From Minisyncoccota bacterium (lineage in GTDB: Bacteria; Patescibacteriota; Minisyncoccia; Phycocordibacterales; SW-6-46-9): a DNA stretch of 64,000 bases. How positions within the stretch are numbered: the first letter of the stretch is position 1; the number at the start of each line of letters is the position of its first letter. Both the position numbers and the translations under genes were made by a program. Below are positions 28,366 to 39,996 of the stretch, one piece after another. The stretch is taken from contig JBBDRP010000002.1 in the NCBI GenBank assembly GCA_040905385.1, forward strand, positions 395,526 through 459,525. The letters are read 5' to 3'. The notes below the pieces were generated by a model. The model was not told where the DNA came from, searched no databases, and saw nothing but the letters and a program-made list of their open reading frames with translations.

Positions 28366-30252
28366 ATGAGCAAAATTCTCGGAATTGATCTCGGAACAAC
28401 CAACTCAGCCTTTGCTATTTTTGAAGGTGGAGATCCAAAAATTTTAGAAAATGCCGAAGGAAATCGTACAACACCGTCAGTGGTGGCGATGTCTAAGAAT
28501 GATGAGCGATTGGTCGGGCAGCTAGCGAAACGTCAGGCTGTTACCAACCCAGAAAATACTATTTTTGGTATCAAGCGCTTTATTGGTCATAGTTTCGACG
28601 AGGATGTAGTTGCAGCGGAGAAGGACATTGTGCCGTACGAAGTAACAGAGAGTAAAAATGGTGGTGTTGTGGTAAAGATGGGAGAGAAGACGTATCGACC
28701 AGAGGAAATTTCAGCTATGATACTCGGAAAGATCAAGCAGGATGCCGAAGAAAAAATTGGCGAAGAAATCACTCAGGCGGTTATTACCGTTCCGGCCTAC
28801 TTCAATGACTCGCAGCGAAAGGCCACCAAGGATGCTGGTGAGATTGCCGGTCTGGAGGTGAAGCGAATTATTAATGAGCCAACTGCCGCAGCCTTGGCAT
28901 ATGGCTTTAATAAAAAAGAAGACAAGCAGATCGTTGTCTTTGACTACGGAGGTGGAACCTTTGATGTCTCTGTTCTAGAGGTGGGTGAAGGTGTGGTTGA
29001 GGTAAAAAGTACTGACGGTGACAGCCACATGGGTGGTAAGGATATCGACCAGAAGATAATCAACTGGATTATTGAGGAGTTCAAGAAGGATTCAGGTATT
29101 GATATCTCCAAGGACCGTCTTGCATTGCAGCGACTAGATGAAGCGGCCGAGAAGGCCAAGATCGAGCTGTCTACTACCAACGAAAGCGAGATAAATATCC
29201 CGTTTATTACATCTAATGACTCCGGGCCACAGCACCTGATGCTGAAGCTGAGTCGTTCAAAACTTGAGCAGCTGGCCGGTGAGTTTATTGATCGCTCTAT
29301 TGATATTACGAAATCAGCCATCGAAGCCTCTCCATTCTCTAAGGGAGATATTGATGAGATTATTCTCGTTGGTGGACAGACGCGAATGCCGAAAATCTCA
29401 TCACGTGTCGAGGAGTTCTTTGGTAAGGCACCCAATAAGACAATCAACCCGGATGAGGTAGTGGCACTGGGTGCCGCGGTGCAGGGAGGAATCTTCCAGG
29501 ACGATGTGAAGGATGTACTGCTTCTGGATGTAACGCCGTTGTCGCTGGGAATCGAGACAATGGGTGGTGTATTTACCGAGCTGATTGAGGCCAACACCAC
29601 AATTCCAACCAGCCGTTCCAAGACCTTTTCAACTGCCCAGGATAATCAGACCTCAGTAGAGATCCACGTCCTGCAGGGAGAGCGCTCCATGGCCTCTGAC
29701 AATAAGTCACTTGGACGTTTTGTTCTTGAGGGAATTCCACCGGCCGCGCGCGGAAAGCCACAGATCGAGGTAGAGTTTGATATTAATGCCGATGGTATCC
29801 TGAATGTGAGTGCTAAGGATAATAACTCTGGCAAGGAGCAGTCGATTAAGATCGAGGCTAACTCGGATCTATCTGATGATGAGATTGAGAAGATGAAGCA
29901 GGATGCTGAAGCTCATGCTGATGAAGATAAAAAGAAGAAGGAGCTGATTAATACACGCAATCAGGCCGAGCAGCTCGCCTTTACCGCCGAGGAAGCGATG
30001 AAGGAAAACAAGGAGGCGATTGATGATGATACTGCCGAAGAAATCGAGGCTGATATAAAGAATCTTCGCGAAAAGAAGGAGTCAGATGATATTGATGAGA
30101 TTAAAGAGGCTACGGAAAAGCTTTCGAAATCTATGCAGAAAATTGGTGAGGCGATGCAGCAGAAGGCCGAGGCTCAAGAGGATAACGATAAGGAAGGTGA
30201 TGTTCGTGATGCTGAGGTGGAGGATGATGATGACAGCAAAGACGAAAAATAG
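28366..30252 (+). CDS. dnaK: chaperone DnaK
   Basis: [27 protein letters not shown]. Confidence 0.98.
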   Translation: MSKILGIDLGTTNSAFAIFEGGDPKILENAEGNRTTPSVVAMSKNDERLVGQLAKRQAVTNPENTIFGIKRFIGHSFDEDVVAAEKDIVPYEVTESKNGGVVVKMGEKTYRPEEISAMILGKIKQDAEEKIGEEITQAVITVPAYFNDSQRKATKDAGEIAGLEVKRIINEPTAAALAYGFNKKEDKQIVVFDYGGGTFDVSVLEVGEGVVEVKSTDGDSHMGGKDIDQKIINWIIEEFKKDSGIDISKDRLALQRLDEAAEKAKIELSTTNESEINIPFITSNDSGPQHLMLKLSRSKLEQLAGEFIDRSIDITKSAIEASPFSKGDIDEIILVGGQTRMPKISSRVEEFFGKAPNKTINPDEVVALGAAVQGGIFQDDVKDVLLLDVTPLSLGIETMGGVFTELIEANTTIPTSRSKTFSTAQDNQTSVEIHVLQGERSMASDNKSLGRFVLEGIPPAARGKPQIEVEFDINADGILNVSAKDNNSGKEQSIKIEANSDLSDDEIEKMKQDAEAHADEDKKKKELINTRNQAEQLAFTAEEAMKENKEAIDDDTAEEIEADIKNLREKKESDDIDEIKEATEKLSKSMQKIGEAMQQKAEAQEDNDKEGDVRDAEVEDDDDSKDEK

Positions 30253-30398
30253 GTCGTTCGCATCCCACTTTCCAAGATGCACATATCGAATTCCCAGCGG
30301 GAATTCGCACTCAGTCTCGCCAGCATATTCCGCGCATGCGGAACCATGCATATGCTGGCTCCGAAGGCATCATGGAAAGGAGATGCTCACTTTAAGGT
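30252..30398. repeat. 147-bp structured element, copy 1
   Basis: GGTCGTTC...TCACTTTAAGGT ends and multi-stem fold shared with 32517-32663. Confidence 0.85.
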
Positions 30399-30466
30399 CA
30401 CCACGTACAATGAGTATAATTAATTTACTTGCTAACTGCTAAGCGCTAGCAGCTAAAAGCTCAATC

Positions 30467-31528
30467 ATGTCAAAAGACTATTACAAGATATTAGGAGTTG
30501 ATAAGGACGCTTCGCAGGCGGATATCAAGAAGGCGTATCGCAAAAAGGCGCACAAGCACCACCCGGACAAGTCGGATGGTGACGAAGACGAGTTCAAGCG
30601 CATCAGCGAGGCATACAGTGTGCTCTCTGATGAGGATAAGCGAGCCAAGTATGACCGTTTTGGATCTGACTTTGATCAGGCTGGTGCTGGTGGATTCGGC
30701 GGCGGCTTTTCTGGATTTCAGCAGGCAGGTGGGGCGCAGGGCTTTAATATGGGTGATATCTTTTCTGAATTCTTTGGTGGCGGTGCGCGTACAGCCACCA
30801 AGCAAGCGGTTGGTAATGATGTGCAGGTTGATACCGAGCTTACTTTCAAGGAGTCAGTGTTTGGCACGACCAAGACCATTTCTCTTAGTCGCCAGACGAC
30901 CTGCAGTAAGTGTGGAGGCGCGCGTACAACCGATGGGGAGATGAAGGAGTGTGACCGCTGTGAGGGCTCTGGACAGGTAGAGACGGTTCAGCAGACGATG
31001 CTGGGCCGGATCCAGACAACACAGGCATGTAAGAAGTGCTTTGCCACCGGCGAGATTCCGGAGAATCCATGCTCTCGGTGTGGTGGTTCCGGTGTTACCA
31101 AGGAGTCTGAGGAGATTGATATCAAGATTCCGGCTGGTGTTTCCGATGGAGAGATGGTGCGAATTCGCGGTAAAGGTGAGCAGGCGCCAGGCGGTCAGGC
31201 TGGCGATCTGTATGTAAAGCTGCATGTTGGTGGTAGCAGTGAGTTCCAGAAGGATGGCCAGAATCTAAAAAAGCAGCTGACTATCAGCATGAGCGAAGCT
31301 GCGCTCGGAACCAAGAAGAAAATCAAGACACTGGATGACGGTGAGGTGACACTGAAAATCCCGGCCGGCATCACCCACGGAGAGCTTTTGAAAATAAGCA
31401 GCAAGGGAATTCCTGATCGTCGTGGCAGTCGTGGAGATCTTCTGGTGCGTATTCGTGTTAACATTCCCGATAAGCTGACCAAGGAGCAGAAGGAGCTTTT
31501 GAGTAAACTCCAAGACACCGGTTTATAA
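30467..31528 (+). CDS. dnaJ: chaperone DnaJ
   Basis: HPD, G/F region, four CxxC zinc repeats. Confidence 0.97.
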   Translation: MSKDYYKILGVDKDASQADIKKAYRKKAHKHHPDKSDGDEDEFKRISEAYSVLSDEDKRAKYDRFGSDFDQAGAGGFGGGFSGFQQAGGAQGFNMGDIFSEFFGGGARTATKQAVGNDVQVDTELTFKESVFGTTKTISLSRQTTCSKCGGARTTDGEMKECDRCEGSGQVETVQQTMLGRIQTTQACKKCFATGEIPENPCSRCGGSGVTKESEEIDIKIPAGVSDGEMVRIRGKGEQAPGGQAGDLYVKLHVGGSSEFQKDGQNLKKQLTISMSEAALGTKKKIKTLDDGEVTLKIPAGITHGELLKISSKGIPDRRGSRGDLLVRIRVNIPDKLTKEQKELLSKLQDTGL

Positions 31529-31678
31529 AGACACTCATTCAGCCGTTTTTACTTAGCACGAGTCGAGCTCTCCGCTCAGCTTCGCTTCCGCGAGGTACGT
31601 AAAACGGCTAAATTCGCTCTATCACCACACAGGTTGAACCAGTGTGGTAAGGAAGCATACTCTAAATATATTAAAATG

Positions 31679-31782
31679 TGGCTAATATTCACAAATACTG
31701 CGAATATTATGAGTATTATCGTACGTTTGTCCTGCCATTAATTTGACAAAGAATATAAGATATGTATGATTATAGTCAGAAA
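31679..31782 (+). promoter_or_regulatory. promoter module homologous to 2206-2309, CAGA class
   Basis: TGGCTAATATTC..GCGAATATTA..CCATT.ATTTGACA-N16-TATGAT-TATAGT-CAGAAA. Confidence 0.8.
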
Positions 31783-31842
31783 CTAAAATGTTCATTGTAT
31801 AATTCGATATCCAGTGATTAAAACAATAAAGCGAGGTGAATT

Positions 31843-32382
31843 ATGGATTCTTCTATAAACTTTACTCGATATTTTTTAGATGCAGTAAGCTATGGTGATG
31901 AAAAAGCTATGCGTTTTTTTATCAAAAAAGGTGCTGATATTAAGGGAGTAAAAGATGGTGGTACAACAGGATTAATGCTTGCTGCAGAGAAAGGTCATTT
32001 AGGTATTGTTAAAATATTTCTAAATGAATATAGTGTGAATGTGGATCAGAAAGACAAAAAAAGAGGAAACACAGCCTTGATTTATGCCATACGTCGTTCT
32101 GGAAGTACGCCTGTTCCGTGTACAAAAAAACTTCTTGAGAAGTACATAAAAATAATCGAGTTATTACTTGATTACGGTGCTGATGTAAATGTTAAAAACA
32201 AATACGGAAAAACACCTTTGATGTATGCATGTGAAGATGAGTACGGACTTAGATGGCACATCGTTGATATCTTAAACAATAATGGAGCCAATCTAGGTAC
32301 TAAAGACACGTGGGGTAAAAAAGCTCTAGATTACGCACGCGAAAATCCTGGAATTGTTGGTATTAAGGTATCTGCAATATAA
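31843..32382 (+). CDS. ankyrin-repeat protein
   Basis: GTTGLMLAAEKGH, GNTALIYA, GKTPLMYAC; SD GAGGTG; terminator 32421-32452. Confidence 0.9.
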   Translation: MDSSINFTRYFLDAVSYGDEKAMRFFIKKGADIKGVKDGGTTGLMLAAEKGHLGIVKIFLNEYSVNVDQKDKKRGNTALIYAIRRSGSTPVPCTKKLLEKYIKIIELLLDYGADVNVKNKYGKTPLMYACEDEYGLRWHIVDILNNNGANLGTKDTWGKKALDYARENPGIVGIKVSAI

Positions 32383-32516
32383 AAATTTAACTTTGTAACT
32401 TATTTACAAATATAAATATTAAGGCCAATCGGAGAATCCGATTGGCTTTTTTCTTTGCGAGTAGGTCGCTTAGGCTGTATTATAAAAAAGTATGAGTAAT
32501 GAAAATAAACCCCAGC

Positions 32517-32663
32517 GGTCGTTCACCTGATACCTTCTCAATCTCCACGCGTTAATTTATCCAGCGATAAATTACGCTCACTCTCAAATAATTTCCACTT
32601 TCAGCGGACCCTGCAAATTATTCTCCGAGAGGGAGCTGAGAAGGAACGGGTTCACTTTAAGGT
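32517..32663. repeat. 147-bp structured element, copy 2
   Basis: same ends, length and topology as 30252-30398. Confidence 0.85.
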
Positions 32664-32674
32664 AAAATGATTTT

Positions 32675-34048
32675 ATGACAGACAAAGAAAACAATTTAGA
32701 GGAGATAGTATCACTGGCAAAACAACGCGGGTTTATATATCAAGGTTCAGAGATTTATGGCGGCCTGGCCGGGACGTGGGATTACGGACCGCTGGGTGTA
32801 GAGCTGGTTCGTAATATTAAGAATATTTGGTGGAAGCAGTTTGTGCAGGCTCGCCCGGATATCTACGGAGTTGATGCTGATATCTTGATGAGCGCAAAGG
32901 TTTGGCAGGCGAGTGGTCATGTCGACGGCTTCTCTGATCCTCTTGTTGAGGACGTAAAGACCAAGAAGCGCTACCGGGCCGATCATCTGCTGGAAGAGGC
33001 AGGTGTTGCAGGTGCGGAAGGGATGACTATAGAAGAGATGGATGCAGCTATTAAGGAGAAGGGAGTTAAGAGCCCGGACGGTAATGAGCTCGGTCAGGTA
33101 CAGGAGTTTAATATGATGTTTGCGACGGAAATCGGCGCCTCGGGAGAGTCGGCCGAGACAACGTACCTGCGACCAGAGACGGCACAGGGAATGTTTGTGA
33201 ACTTCAAGAATATTATTGATTCATTTCACCCGGATATTCCGTTTGGTATGGCACAGATTGGTAAGGCCTTTCGTAATGAGATTACGCCACGTAACTTCCT
33301 GTTTCGTACCCGAGAGTTCGAGCAGATGGAGGTAGAGTACTTTGTTCGCCCAGACGAGTGGGAGGATAGCTTTGAGATGTGGCGCAAAGAGATCTGGACT
33401 TTTATGGAGTCGATTGGGCTTGATACAGATAAGGTATCCGAGTACGACGTACCAGATGGCGAAGGAGCTCATTACGCAAAGCGCACGATTGATTTCGAGT
33501 TTTCCTATCCTTTTGGTACGAAGGAGTTGTACGGTCTGGCCTACCGCACTGATTACGACCTCACGAACCACATCGATGGCAGTGGCGAGAAGCTCGAGTA
33601 CTTTGATCAGGCAGCCGGTGAACGCTTCGTACCGCACGTGATCGAGCCGTCACTGGGAATTGACCGAACGGTGCTAGCACTGTTGTGTTCGGCGCTTGAG
33701 ACCGAGGAGGTTGATGGGGATGAGCGAACGGTGCTGCGGCTTGCTAAGAAAATTGCACCAATCAAGGTGGCGGTACTACCACTGCAGCGTAAGGACGGGC
33801 TACCAGAGAAGGCGCAGGAAGTATTCGCCACCCTGCAGCAGGATTTTGTGTGTCAGTATGACAAGACTGCCTCGATCGGAAAGCGCTACCGGCGCCAGGA
33901 CGAGGTCGGTACCCCGTACTGTGTGACGATTGATTACGATACGCTCGAGGATGACACTGTCACCATTCGCGATCGTGATACGATGGAGCAGGAACGAGTC
34001 GCTATTGGTGATCTGGTAGAGGTTATAAATACAAAACTCAGCGCCTAA
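32675..34048 (+). CDS. glyQS: glycine--tRNA ligase (alpha2 type)
   Basis: WDYGPLG, YLRPETAQG, FRTREFEQME, VIEPSLG. Confidence 0.96.
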   Translation: MTDKENNLEEIVSLAKQRGFIYQGSEIYGGLAGTWDYGPLGVELVRNIKNIWWKQFVQARPDIYGVDADILMSAKVWQASGHVDGFSDPLVEDVKTKKRYRADHLLEEAGVAGAEGMTIEEMDAAIKEKGVKSPDGNELGQVQEFNMMFATEIGASGESAETTYLRPETAQGMFVNFKNIIDSFHPDIPFGMAQIGKAFRNEITPRNFLFRTREFEQMEVEYFVRPDEWEDSFEMWRKEIWTFMESIGLDTDKVSEYDVPDGEGAHYAKRTIDFEFSYPFGTKELYGLAYRTDYDLTNHIDGSGEKLEYFDQAAGERFVPHVIEPSLGIDRTVLALLCSALETEEVDGDERTVLRLAKKIAPIKVAVLPLQRKDGLPEKAQEVFATLQQDFVCQYDKTASIGKRYRRQDEVGTPYCVTIDYDTLEDDTVTIRDRDTMEQERVAIGDLVEVINTKLSA

Positions 34049-34050
34049 AT

Positions 34051-35037
34051 ATGGAAGAAAAAAAGATACAATCAATTGTCTCTGGCATCCAGCCGTCGGG
34101 ACGACCGCACATTGGAAACTACTTTGGTGCCATGGCGCGGCACATCGAGATGCAGGATGAATTTGATAAGGTCTATCTTTTCATTGCTGAGCATCACGCC
34201 ATCACCTCAACCCAGGACAAGGAGACACTGCGACAGAATATTTATGATCTGGCTGTGGATTACTTGGCTCTCGGTTTAGATCCGGATAAGGCAGTCTTTT
34301 ACCGTCAGCAGGACGTACCGGAGATTTTCGAGCTCACCTGGATCTTCAACTGTTTGGTGACTACTGGCTTTCTCGATCGGGCACATGCCTTCAAGGATAA
34401 AAGCAGCCAGGGTGTGAGTTCGAGTGTCGGGCTTTTTGACTACCCAGTGCTGCAGGCGGCCGACATTTTAATAACTGATGCGGATGGCGTGCCGGTCGGC
34501 GAGGACCAGCGCCAGCACATAGAGTATACGCGGGAGATTGCCCGAAAATTTAATACTACGTACGTAGAAGTTTTCAAGGAACCGACCGAACTGATCGAGG
34601 AATCAGCCGGTACAATTGCAGGTATCGACGGGCAGAAGATGAGTAAATCATACGGAAATGATATCCCGTTATTTGCTGACGACGAGACGCTGGAAAAGAA
34701 GGTAATGGCCATCGAGACTGACTCTCAGCCAGTCGAGGCTAAGAAGGATCCAGATGAAGATTTGGTATTTAGCTTTCATAAACTCTTCACACCGCAACCG
34801 CAGCTGTCTGAAGTTCGTGCCGGATACGAAGAGGGCGGGCTTGGTTATGGTGAGTCAAAAAAGATTCTTTTGGAGAATATGAAGAGATTTGTTGCGCCAC
34901 TGCGCGAGAAGCGAACAGAGATTGCAGATGACAGGGAATTTGTAATGGATGTGCTGGCGGCCGGGGCAAAAAAGATTCGTCCCCAGGCTGAAAGGAAGCT
35001 TGCTCAAGTCCGCGAAGCAGTTGGACTGATTTTGTAA
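34051..35037 (+). CDS. trpS: tryptophan--tRNA ligase
   Basis: [19 protein letters not shown]. Confidence 0.96.
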   Translation: MEEKKIQSIVSGIQPSGRPHIGNYFGAMARHIEMQDEFDKVYLFIAEHHAITSTQDKETLRQNIYDLAVDYLALGLDPDKAVFYRQQDVPEIFELTWIFNCLVTTGFLDRAHAFKDKSSQGVSSSVGLFDYPVLQAADILITDADGVPVGEDQRQHIEYTREIARKFNTTYVEVFKEPTELIEESAGTIAGIDGQKMSKSYGNDIPLFADDETLEKKVMAIETDSQPVEAKKDPDEDLVFSFHKLFTPQPQLSEVRAGYEEGGLGYGESKKILLENMKRFVAPLREKRTEIADDREFVMDVLAAGAKKIRPQAERKLAQVREAVGLIL

Positions 35038-35081
35038 AAGTGACCTGCAAAATTGCGCTAATCCTGTATACTAAAGAGTAT

Positions 35082-36497
35082 ATGCAACGAACCAAAATCA
35101 GTGACTTACACGAACATATTGGCAAGGAGGTGACAATTAAGGGCTGGGTGGATAGTCGGCGGGACCATGGCAAGCTGGCTTTTTTTGATATTCGTGATGG
35201 CTGGGGAAAGATTCAGACCGTCGTCAAGGGTGAGGTGTATGGGGAGAATGAAAATCTGCGACCCGAGTGGGTGGTGGCTGTAACCGGTGAGGTCAAAGAG
35301 CGACCAGAGAAAATGATCACCGAAGATGAGGCTAATGGTGATCTAGAAATGCTAGTGACCGGCATTGATGTGCTGAACCAGGCAGAAACGCCCCCGTTTG
35401 ATATTTATGAGGATGGATACGAAATTGATGAGGATACGCGGATGAAGTACCGCTATCTGGATCTGCGGCGTCCTCGGCTGCAGAAGAATCTCCGCAGGCG
35501 CAACGAAATCATCCGCTTTTTTCGCGAGTACATGCACAAAAATGATTTTGTGGAAATCGAAACACCGATGTTGATGAAGGACACCCCCGAGGGCTCGCGT
35601 GAGTATGTCGTGCCGTCTCGATTGCATCAAGGAAGCTTCTACGCACTACCACAGTCCCCACAGCAGTTCAAGCAGTTGACGATGGTGGCTGGCTTTGAAC
35701 GGTACTATCAGGTGGCTCGCTGTATGCGTGACGAGGACCTCCGCGGCGATCGTCAGCCGGAATTTACTCAGCTTGACTATGAAATGTCCTTCGTTGACCA
35801 GGAAGATGTACTGCAGTTTACTGAAGAAATGTTTATCCAGCTTGTACGCGAACTATTTCCGGGTAAGAAAATAAAGGATGAGCCATTCCAGCGGCTAACG
35901 TATAAAGAGTCAATGGAGAAGTATGGCAGCGATAAGCCGGACTTGCGCAAGGAAAAGCAGGATGACGACGAGCTGGCCTTCGTGTGGGTGCTGGACTTTC
36001 CGATGTTTGAAAAGAAGGACAACGGCAGCATCGGGACAATGCATCATCCATTCTGCTCGGTAAAGGAAGAGGATAAAGAGCTTTTCCTGCGGGATGATCT
36101 GAGTGAAGATGAACTGCTTAGTATCCGGGCTAATGCGTATGACCTGGTGCTAAATGGCTACGAACTTTCCAGCGGCAGTATTCGTATTCACGAGCCAGAT
36201 GTCCAGCGGCGAATGTTCGCGCTCTTGGAAATCGACAATGAGGAGCAACAGCAACGCTTCGGCCACATGCTGGATGCATTTTCGTACGGTACGCCGCCGC
36301 ATGGTGGTTTCGCCCCAGGTATCGACCGGATTGCCATGCTTCTCTCTGACGAGCCGAATATTCGTGAGGTGATTGCTTTTCCGAAAAATGGGGAAGGAAA
36401 GGACCCGATGATGCAGGCTCCGGCTCCAATCTCTAATGCACAGCTAGCTGAGCTCGGACTTGATATTGTGGCTGACCCTGGCGAAGAGGAGGAATAA
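35082..36497 (+). CDS. aspS: aspartate--tRNA ligase (short, lacks GAD insertion)
   Basis: [33 protein letters not shown]. Confidence 0.95.
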   Translation: MQRTKISDLHEHIGKEVTIKGWVDSRRDHGKLAFFDIRDGWGKIQTVVKGEVYGENENLRPEWVVAVTGEVKERPEKMITEDEANGDLEMLVTGIDVLNQAETPPFDIYEDGYEIDEDTRMKYRYLDLRRPRLQKNLRRRNEIIRFFREYMHKNDFVEIETPMLMKDTPEGSREYVVPSRLHQGSFYALPQSPQQFKQLTMVAGFERYYQVARCMRDEDLRGDRQPEFTQLDYEMSFVDQEDVLQFTEEMFIQLVRELFPGKKIKDEPFQRLTYKESMEKYGSDKPDLRKEKQDDDELAFVWVLDFPMFEKKDNGSIGTMHHPFCSVKEEDKELFLRDDLSEDELLSIRANAYDLVLNGYELSSGSIRIHEPDVQRRMFALLEIDNEEQQQRFGHMLDAFSYGTPPHGGFAPGIDRIAMLLSDEPNIREVIAFPKNGEGKDPMMQAPAPISNAQLAELGLDIVADPGEEEE

Positions 36498-36508
36498 GAA
36501 ATTCAGAA

Positions 36509-37210
36509 ATGAAAACAGACTTCGTCGTACAAACCGAAGGTTTCCAGGGACCGCTGAGTACGCTGCTGTCGATGATCGAGAAGCGGAAGCTGTACATTAA
36601 TAATATTTCGCTTGCGAAGGTCACCAATGACTACGTTCGTTTTGTGGCGGATAACCAGGAAACGGTAGAAAATAAAATTGAGTTTGTTCGTATTGCCTCA
36701 ACACTTGTGTTGGCAAAATCAAAGTCGCTTCTACCAGATATAGTTACAAGCGAAGACCAGGAGGAAATCGATGAGCTAGAGGATCGTCTGCGTGCCTATC
36801 AAATTATAAAGAATCAAAAGCAGGTGCTCGCAGATTTGTTTGGTAGCAATATGTTGTTTTCCGTCTCGCCACCTGCACAGGAGACAGCCGAAAATATCTT
36901 TGCACCCGGTACGACGCTTACGGTGAATCTGTTGGCAGATAAGGCTCGGAGATCAATCACGACGCTTCCTAAAGAGAGTCTCCCAACTGCACAGATTGAA
37001 AGAAAGGTGTCGCTGGCTGAGGAGATTGACCGCCTCCGTGATCGCTGTCGACAGACTCGTTCGATCTCATTTTCTGCTGCCGTTCGGTCTGATGACAAGC
37101 GTGATCAGGTGGTGATGTTTGTGGCAATTCTGGAGCTGATTAAGGCCGGAGAATTAGCCGCTGAGCAGAAGGGTATTTTTCGGGATATCAAAATACAGTA
37201 TCAATCATAA
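36509..37210 (+). CDS. scpA: segregation and condensation protein A
   Basis: FQGPLSTLL, KSKSLLP, FVAILELIK. Confidence 0.9.
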   Translation: MKTDFVVQTEGFQGPLSTLLSMIEKRKLYINNISLAKVTNDYVRFVADNQETVENKIEFVRIASTLVLAKSKSLLPDIVTSEDQEEIDELEDRLRAYQIIKNQKQVLADLFGSNMLFSVSPPAQETAENIFAPGTTLTVNLLADKARRSITTLPKESLPTAQIERKVSLAEEIDRLRDRCRQTRSISFSAAVRSDDKRDQVVMFVAILELIKAGELAAEQKGIFRDIKIQYQS

Positions 37211-37212
37211 AT

Positions 37213-37773
37213 ATGCCTGATAAAATTACCGCGAAAATCGAAAGTTACTTATTTTACTCGGGTGATGCCGAGTCATTTTCAACACTGGCTAAGCACTGCA
37301 GTATTTCAAAGCAGGACGTATCCATACAGTTGGATAAACTATCATCTGAACTAACTGACAGAGGGGTTTCACTAATCATTCACGATGAAACGGCTAAACT
37401 GGTTATCGCTAAGGAGTATAGTGAATTCATTGAGGAAATTCGTCATGCATCGATTGACAGTGACTTAACTGATGCGCAGGCCGAGGCACTATCGGTTGTG
37501 GCGTATCTTGCTCCGGTGCAGAAAATGGCCATTGATTTTATCCGTGGCGTGAATTCACGCGCAGTGCTACGGAACCTGGCTGCAAGAGGTCTAGTTCGTA
37601 GCCGGAAGGAGAATAGTATAAAATGCTATGTACTGACCAGTGATGCGCTGGCACACCTGGGTATTTCTGACACTGATCAGCTTCCTGATTATGGGGAAAC
37701 TCGAAATCAGCTGCAGGAGTTCGTGCACTCTGATACGCAGATGTCCCTTGAAATAGAAGGGGATGATGAATAA
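37213..37773 (+). CDS. scpB: segregation and condensation protein B
   Basis: EALSVVAYLAPV, IDFIRGVNS. Confidence 0.9.
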   Translation: MPDKITAKIESYLFYSGDAESFSTLAKHCSISKQDVSIQLDKLSSELTDRGVSLIIHDETAKLVIAKEYSEFIEEIRHASIDSDLTDAQAEALSVVAYLAPVQKMAIDFIRGVNSRAVLRNLAARGLVRSRKENSIKCYVLTSDALAHLGISDTDQLPDYGETRNQLQEFVHSDTQMSLEIEGDDE

Positions 37774-37776
37774 AAT

Positions 37777-38910
37777 ATGAAAAAAACACAAAAAATGAGT
37801 TCATATCTACGCGATAATAAGACATTTGTCATTGCTGTACTTGGGGTACTGACAGTAATTCTTCTTCTGCTGTTTGTGACAACAAAGACCAATGGAGTAT
37901 CTACGATGAATTCAGAACCATCGCTGGCTCAAAATCAGTACCCAATAAAGGACTCTGACGTGCAGGGTGTGCAGTCAGATAATTCCAGAGATGATACGTC
38001 TACGACCACCACCGCTACGAATATAGGAGAAGCTGCTGAAAGTCAGGATATAAATCAAGACGATAATCAGCCGGAGCCAGTAGAACCTGAGCCGCAGGAC
38101 CTATCATCTGTACAAGTTCAAGCTGAGGCAGCTATCGTGTGGGATACTGAGACCGGAACTTCGCTATACGAGAAGAATGTGGATACGGAGATGCCGCTGG
38201 CATCTATAACCAAGCTGATGACAGCGCTGGTAGCAGCCGAGTCAGTTAACAATCCAGATGAGCAGGAAGTTATAATAACGCGAGAGCATTTGGAGGCATA
38301 CGGAACAAGCGGGCTGGTGGCCGGACAGACCTGGAATATTCAGGATCTTATATCCTTTATGTTGATGAGCTCAGCTAATGACGCGGCTCGGGCTGTCGCG
38401 GCACATTCGAGTGAAGAAAAAGCTGACGGCTACTATGCAAAGGCTTTCATTGAGGAGATGAACAACAAGGCGCGTGAGCTTGATCTTGAATCAACGTATT
38501 TTTTTAATCCATCCGGTTTGGATCTAAACGAGACACTCATTAGTGGTGGGTACGGAAATGCACGGGATGTGGCGCGATTATTTGGATATATTCTCCAGAC
38601 AAATCAAGGTATTCTGGAGCCAACCACGGTCTCATCTCGTGTATTTCAGTCCAATGAAGGCGCAACCTATTCGTCTCAAAATACGAACACCCAACTATCA
38701 CGTTTCTCCAATATACTGGGTTCGAAGACAGGGTATACTGTACTTGCGGGAGGGAACTTGGTAATGGGGTTTGATCTAGAAAATCCGGTTGTAATTGTAG
38801 TGCTGGGATCAACAAGACATGGGCGGTTTACCGATATGGAAAAGCTTTATCACGCAACCATCCAACACTTTAATCAACAGAAGACTACAAATGAGATAGG
38901 TATAAATTAA
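37777..38910 (+). CDS. S11 D-alanyl-D-alanine carboxypeptidase
   Basis: TM; ASITKLMTA (SxxK), SAN, SKTGYT. Confidence 0.9.
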   Translation: MKKTQKMSSYLRDNKTFVIAVLGVLTVILLLLFVTTKTNGVSTMNSEPSLAQNQYPIKDSDVQGVQSDNSRDDTSTTTTATNIGEAAESQDINQDDNQPEPVEPEPQDLSSVQVQAEAAIVWDTETGTSLYEKNVDTEMPLASITKLMTALVAAESVNNPDEQEVIITREHLEAYGTSGLVAGQTWNIQDLISFMLMSSANDAARAVAAHSSEEKADGYYAKAFIEEMNNKARELDLESTYFFNPSGLDLNETLISGGYGNARDVARLFGYILQTNQGILEPTTVSSRVFQSNEGATYSSQNTNTQLSRFSNILGSKTGYTVLAGGNLVMGFDLENPVVIVVLGSTRHGRFTDMEKLYHATIQHFNQQKTTNEIGIN

Positions 38911-38917
38911 TAATACT

Positions 38918-39994
38918 ATGTTTGGACTGGAACCGACAACAATTAATGCAATCGTTATTTTTGCACCGGCGGTGGTGTCCTTTTTTATCGGAATCATTAT
39001 AACGCCTGGTATAACTGATTTTTTATATGCAAACAAGATGTGGAAGCAGAAGAGTGGTAAGACGACACCGGATGGTCGAGAGGCCAAGATTTTCAACGAG
39101 CTACACAAGGAAAAGGAGACTGGAACTCCACGTATGGGTGGTTCCATTATCTGGATAGCAGTACTTCTAACCACAGCCCTTTTTGCTTTATTGGGGATGT
39201 TTGAGAGTTTCTGGCTGGAAAAACTTGACTTCTTTAGTCGTTCGCAGACCTGGCTGCCACTTTTTACACTGCTGGGTGGGGCAGTGGTTGGCCTTATTGA
39301 TGACTGGTTTGAGATTGTGGGTACGGAAAGCTATCTGGCTGGTGGATTATCTTTGAAAAAGCGGCTGGGAGTAGTGGCGTTGATGGGAGTTGTTGGCGGC
39401 TGGTGGTTTTTCTCTAAACTCGATATCAGTAGTATCGCTGTACCGTTTATAGGCAGCATCTCTTTGGGGTGGCTGTTCATTCCGTTCTTTGTTGTGGTGA
39501 TGATGGCAGTTTATTCGAGCGGTATTATCGATGGTATTGATGGACTTTCTGGTGGGGTGTTTGCCACTAGTTTCAGTGCCTATGGTGTCATTGCTTTTGC
39601 ATTGGGAATGATCAATCTAGCTGCTTTTTGTTTTGTGATTGTTGGTGGAATACTAGCGTTTCTTTGGTTTAATATTCCGCCGGCTCGATTTTATATGACC
39701 GAAACAGGCACAATGGCACTGACAACCACCTTAGCGGTGGTGGCTTTTCTCACGAATCAGGTGTTTGTTCTCCTGATAATTGGCTTCCCGCTCGTGGCCA
39801 CTACGGCCTCAAGCATTATTCAGCTCTTCTCTGTACGCTTTCGCGGTAAAAAAGTGTTTCGAGTTGCACCACTTCATCATCATTTTGAAGCGATGGGCTG
39901 GTCGGGCGCTAAGGTGACCATGCGGTACTGGGTCGTAAGCGTGGTGTGTGCTATCAGCGGAACGATTATTGCGTTACTTAGTATCGTTGGATAA
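38918..39994 (+). CDS. mraY: phospho-N-acetylmuramoyl-pentapeptide transferase
   Basis: GTPRMGG, DGIDGL, APLHHHFE. Confidence 0.92.
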   Translation: MFGLEPTTINAIVIFAPAVVSFFIGIIITPGITDFLYANKMWKQKSGKTTPDGREAKIFNELHKEKETGTPRMGGSIIWIAVLLTTALFALLGMFESFWLEKLDFFSRSQTWLPLFTLLGGAVVGLIDDWFEIVGTESYLAGGLSLKKRLGVVALMGVVGGWWFFSKLDISSIAVPFIGSISLGWLFIPFFVVVMMAVYSSGIIDGIDGLSGGVFATSFSAYGVIAFALGMINLAAFCFVIVGGILAFLWFNIPPARFYMTETGTMALTTTLAVVAFLTNQVFVLLIIGFPLVATTASSIIQLFSVRFRGKKVFRVAPLHHHFEAMGWSGAKVTMRYWVVSVVCAISGTIIALLSIVG

Positions 39995-39996
39995 AT

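Noticed and set aside
30082-30442. ORFs across the dnaK end and spacer, and similarly 2088-2276 and 47218-47424
   Set aside because: They run through palindromic elements and have no protein-like features.
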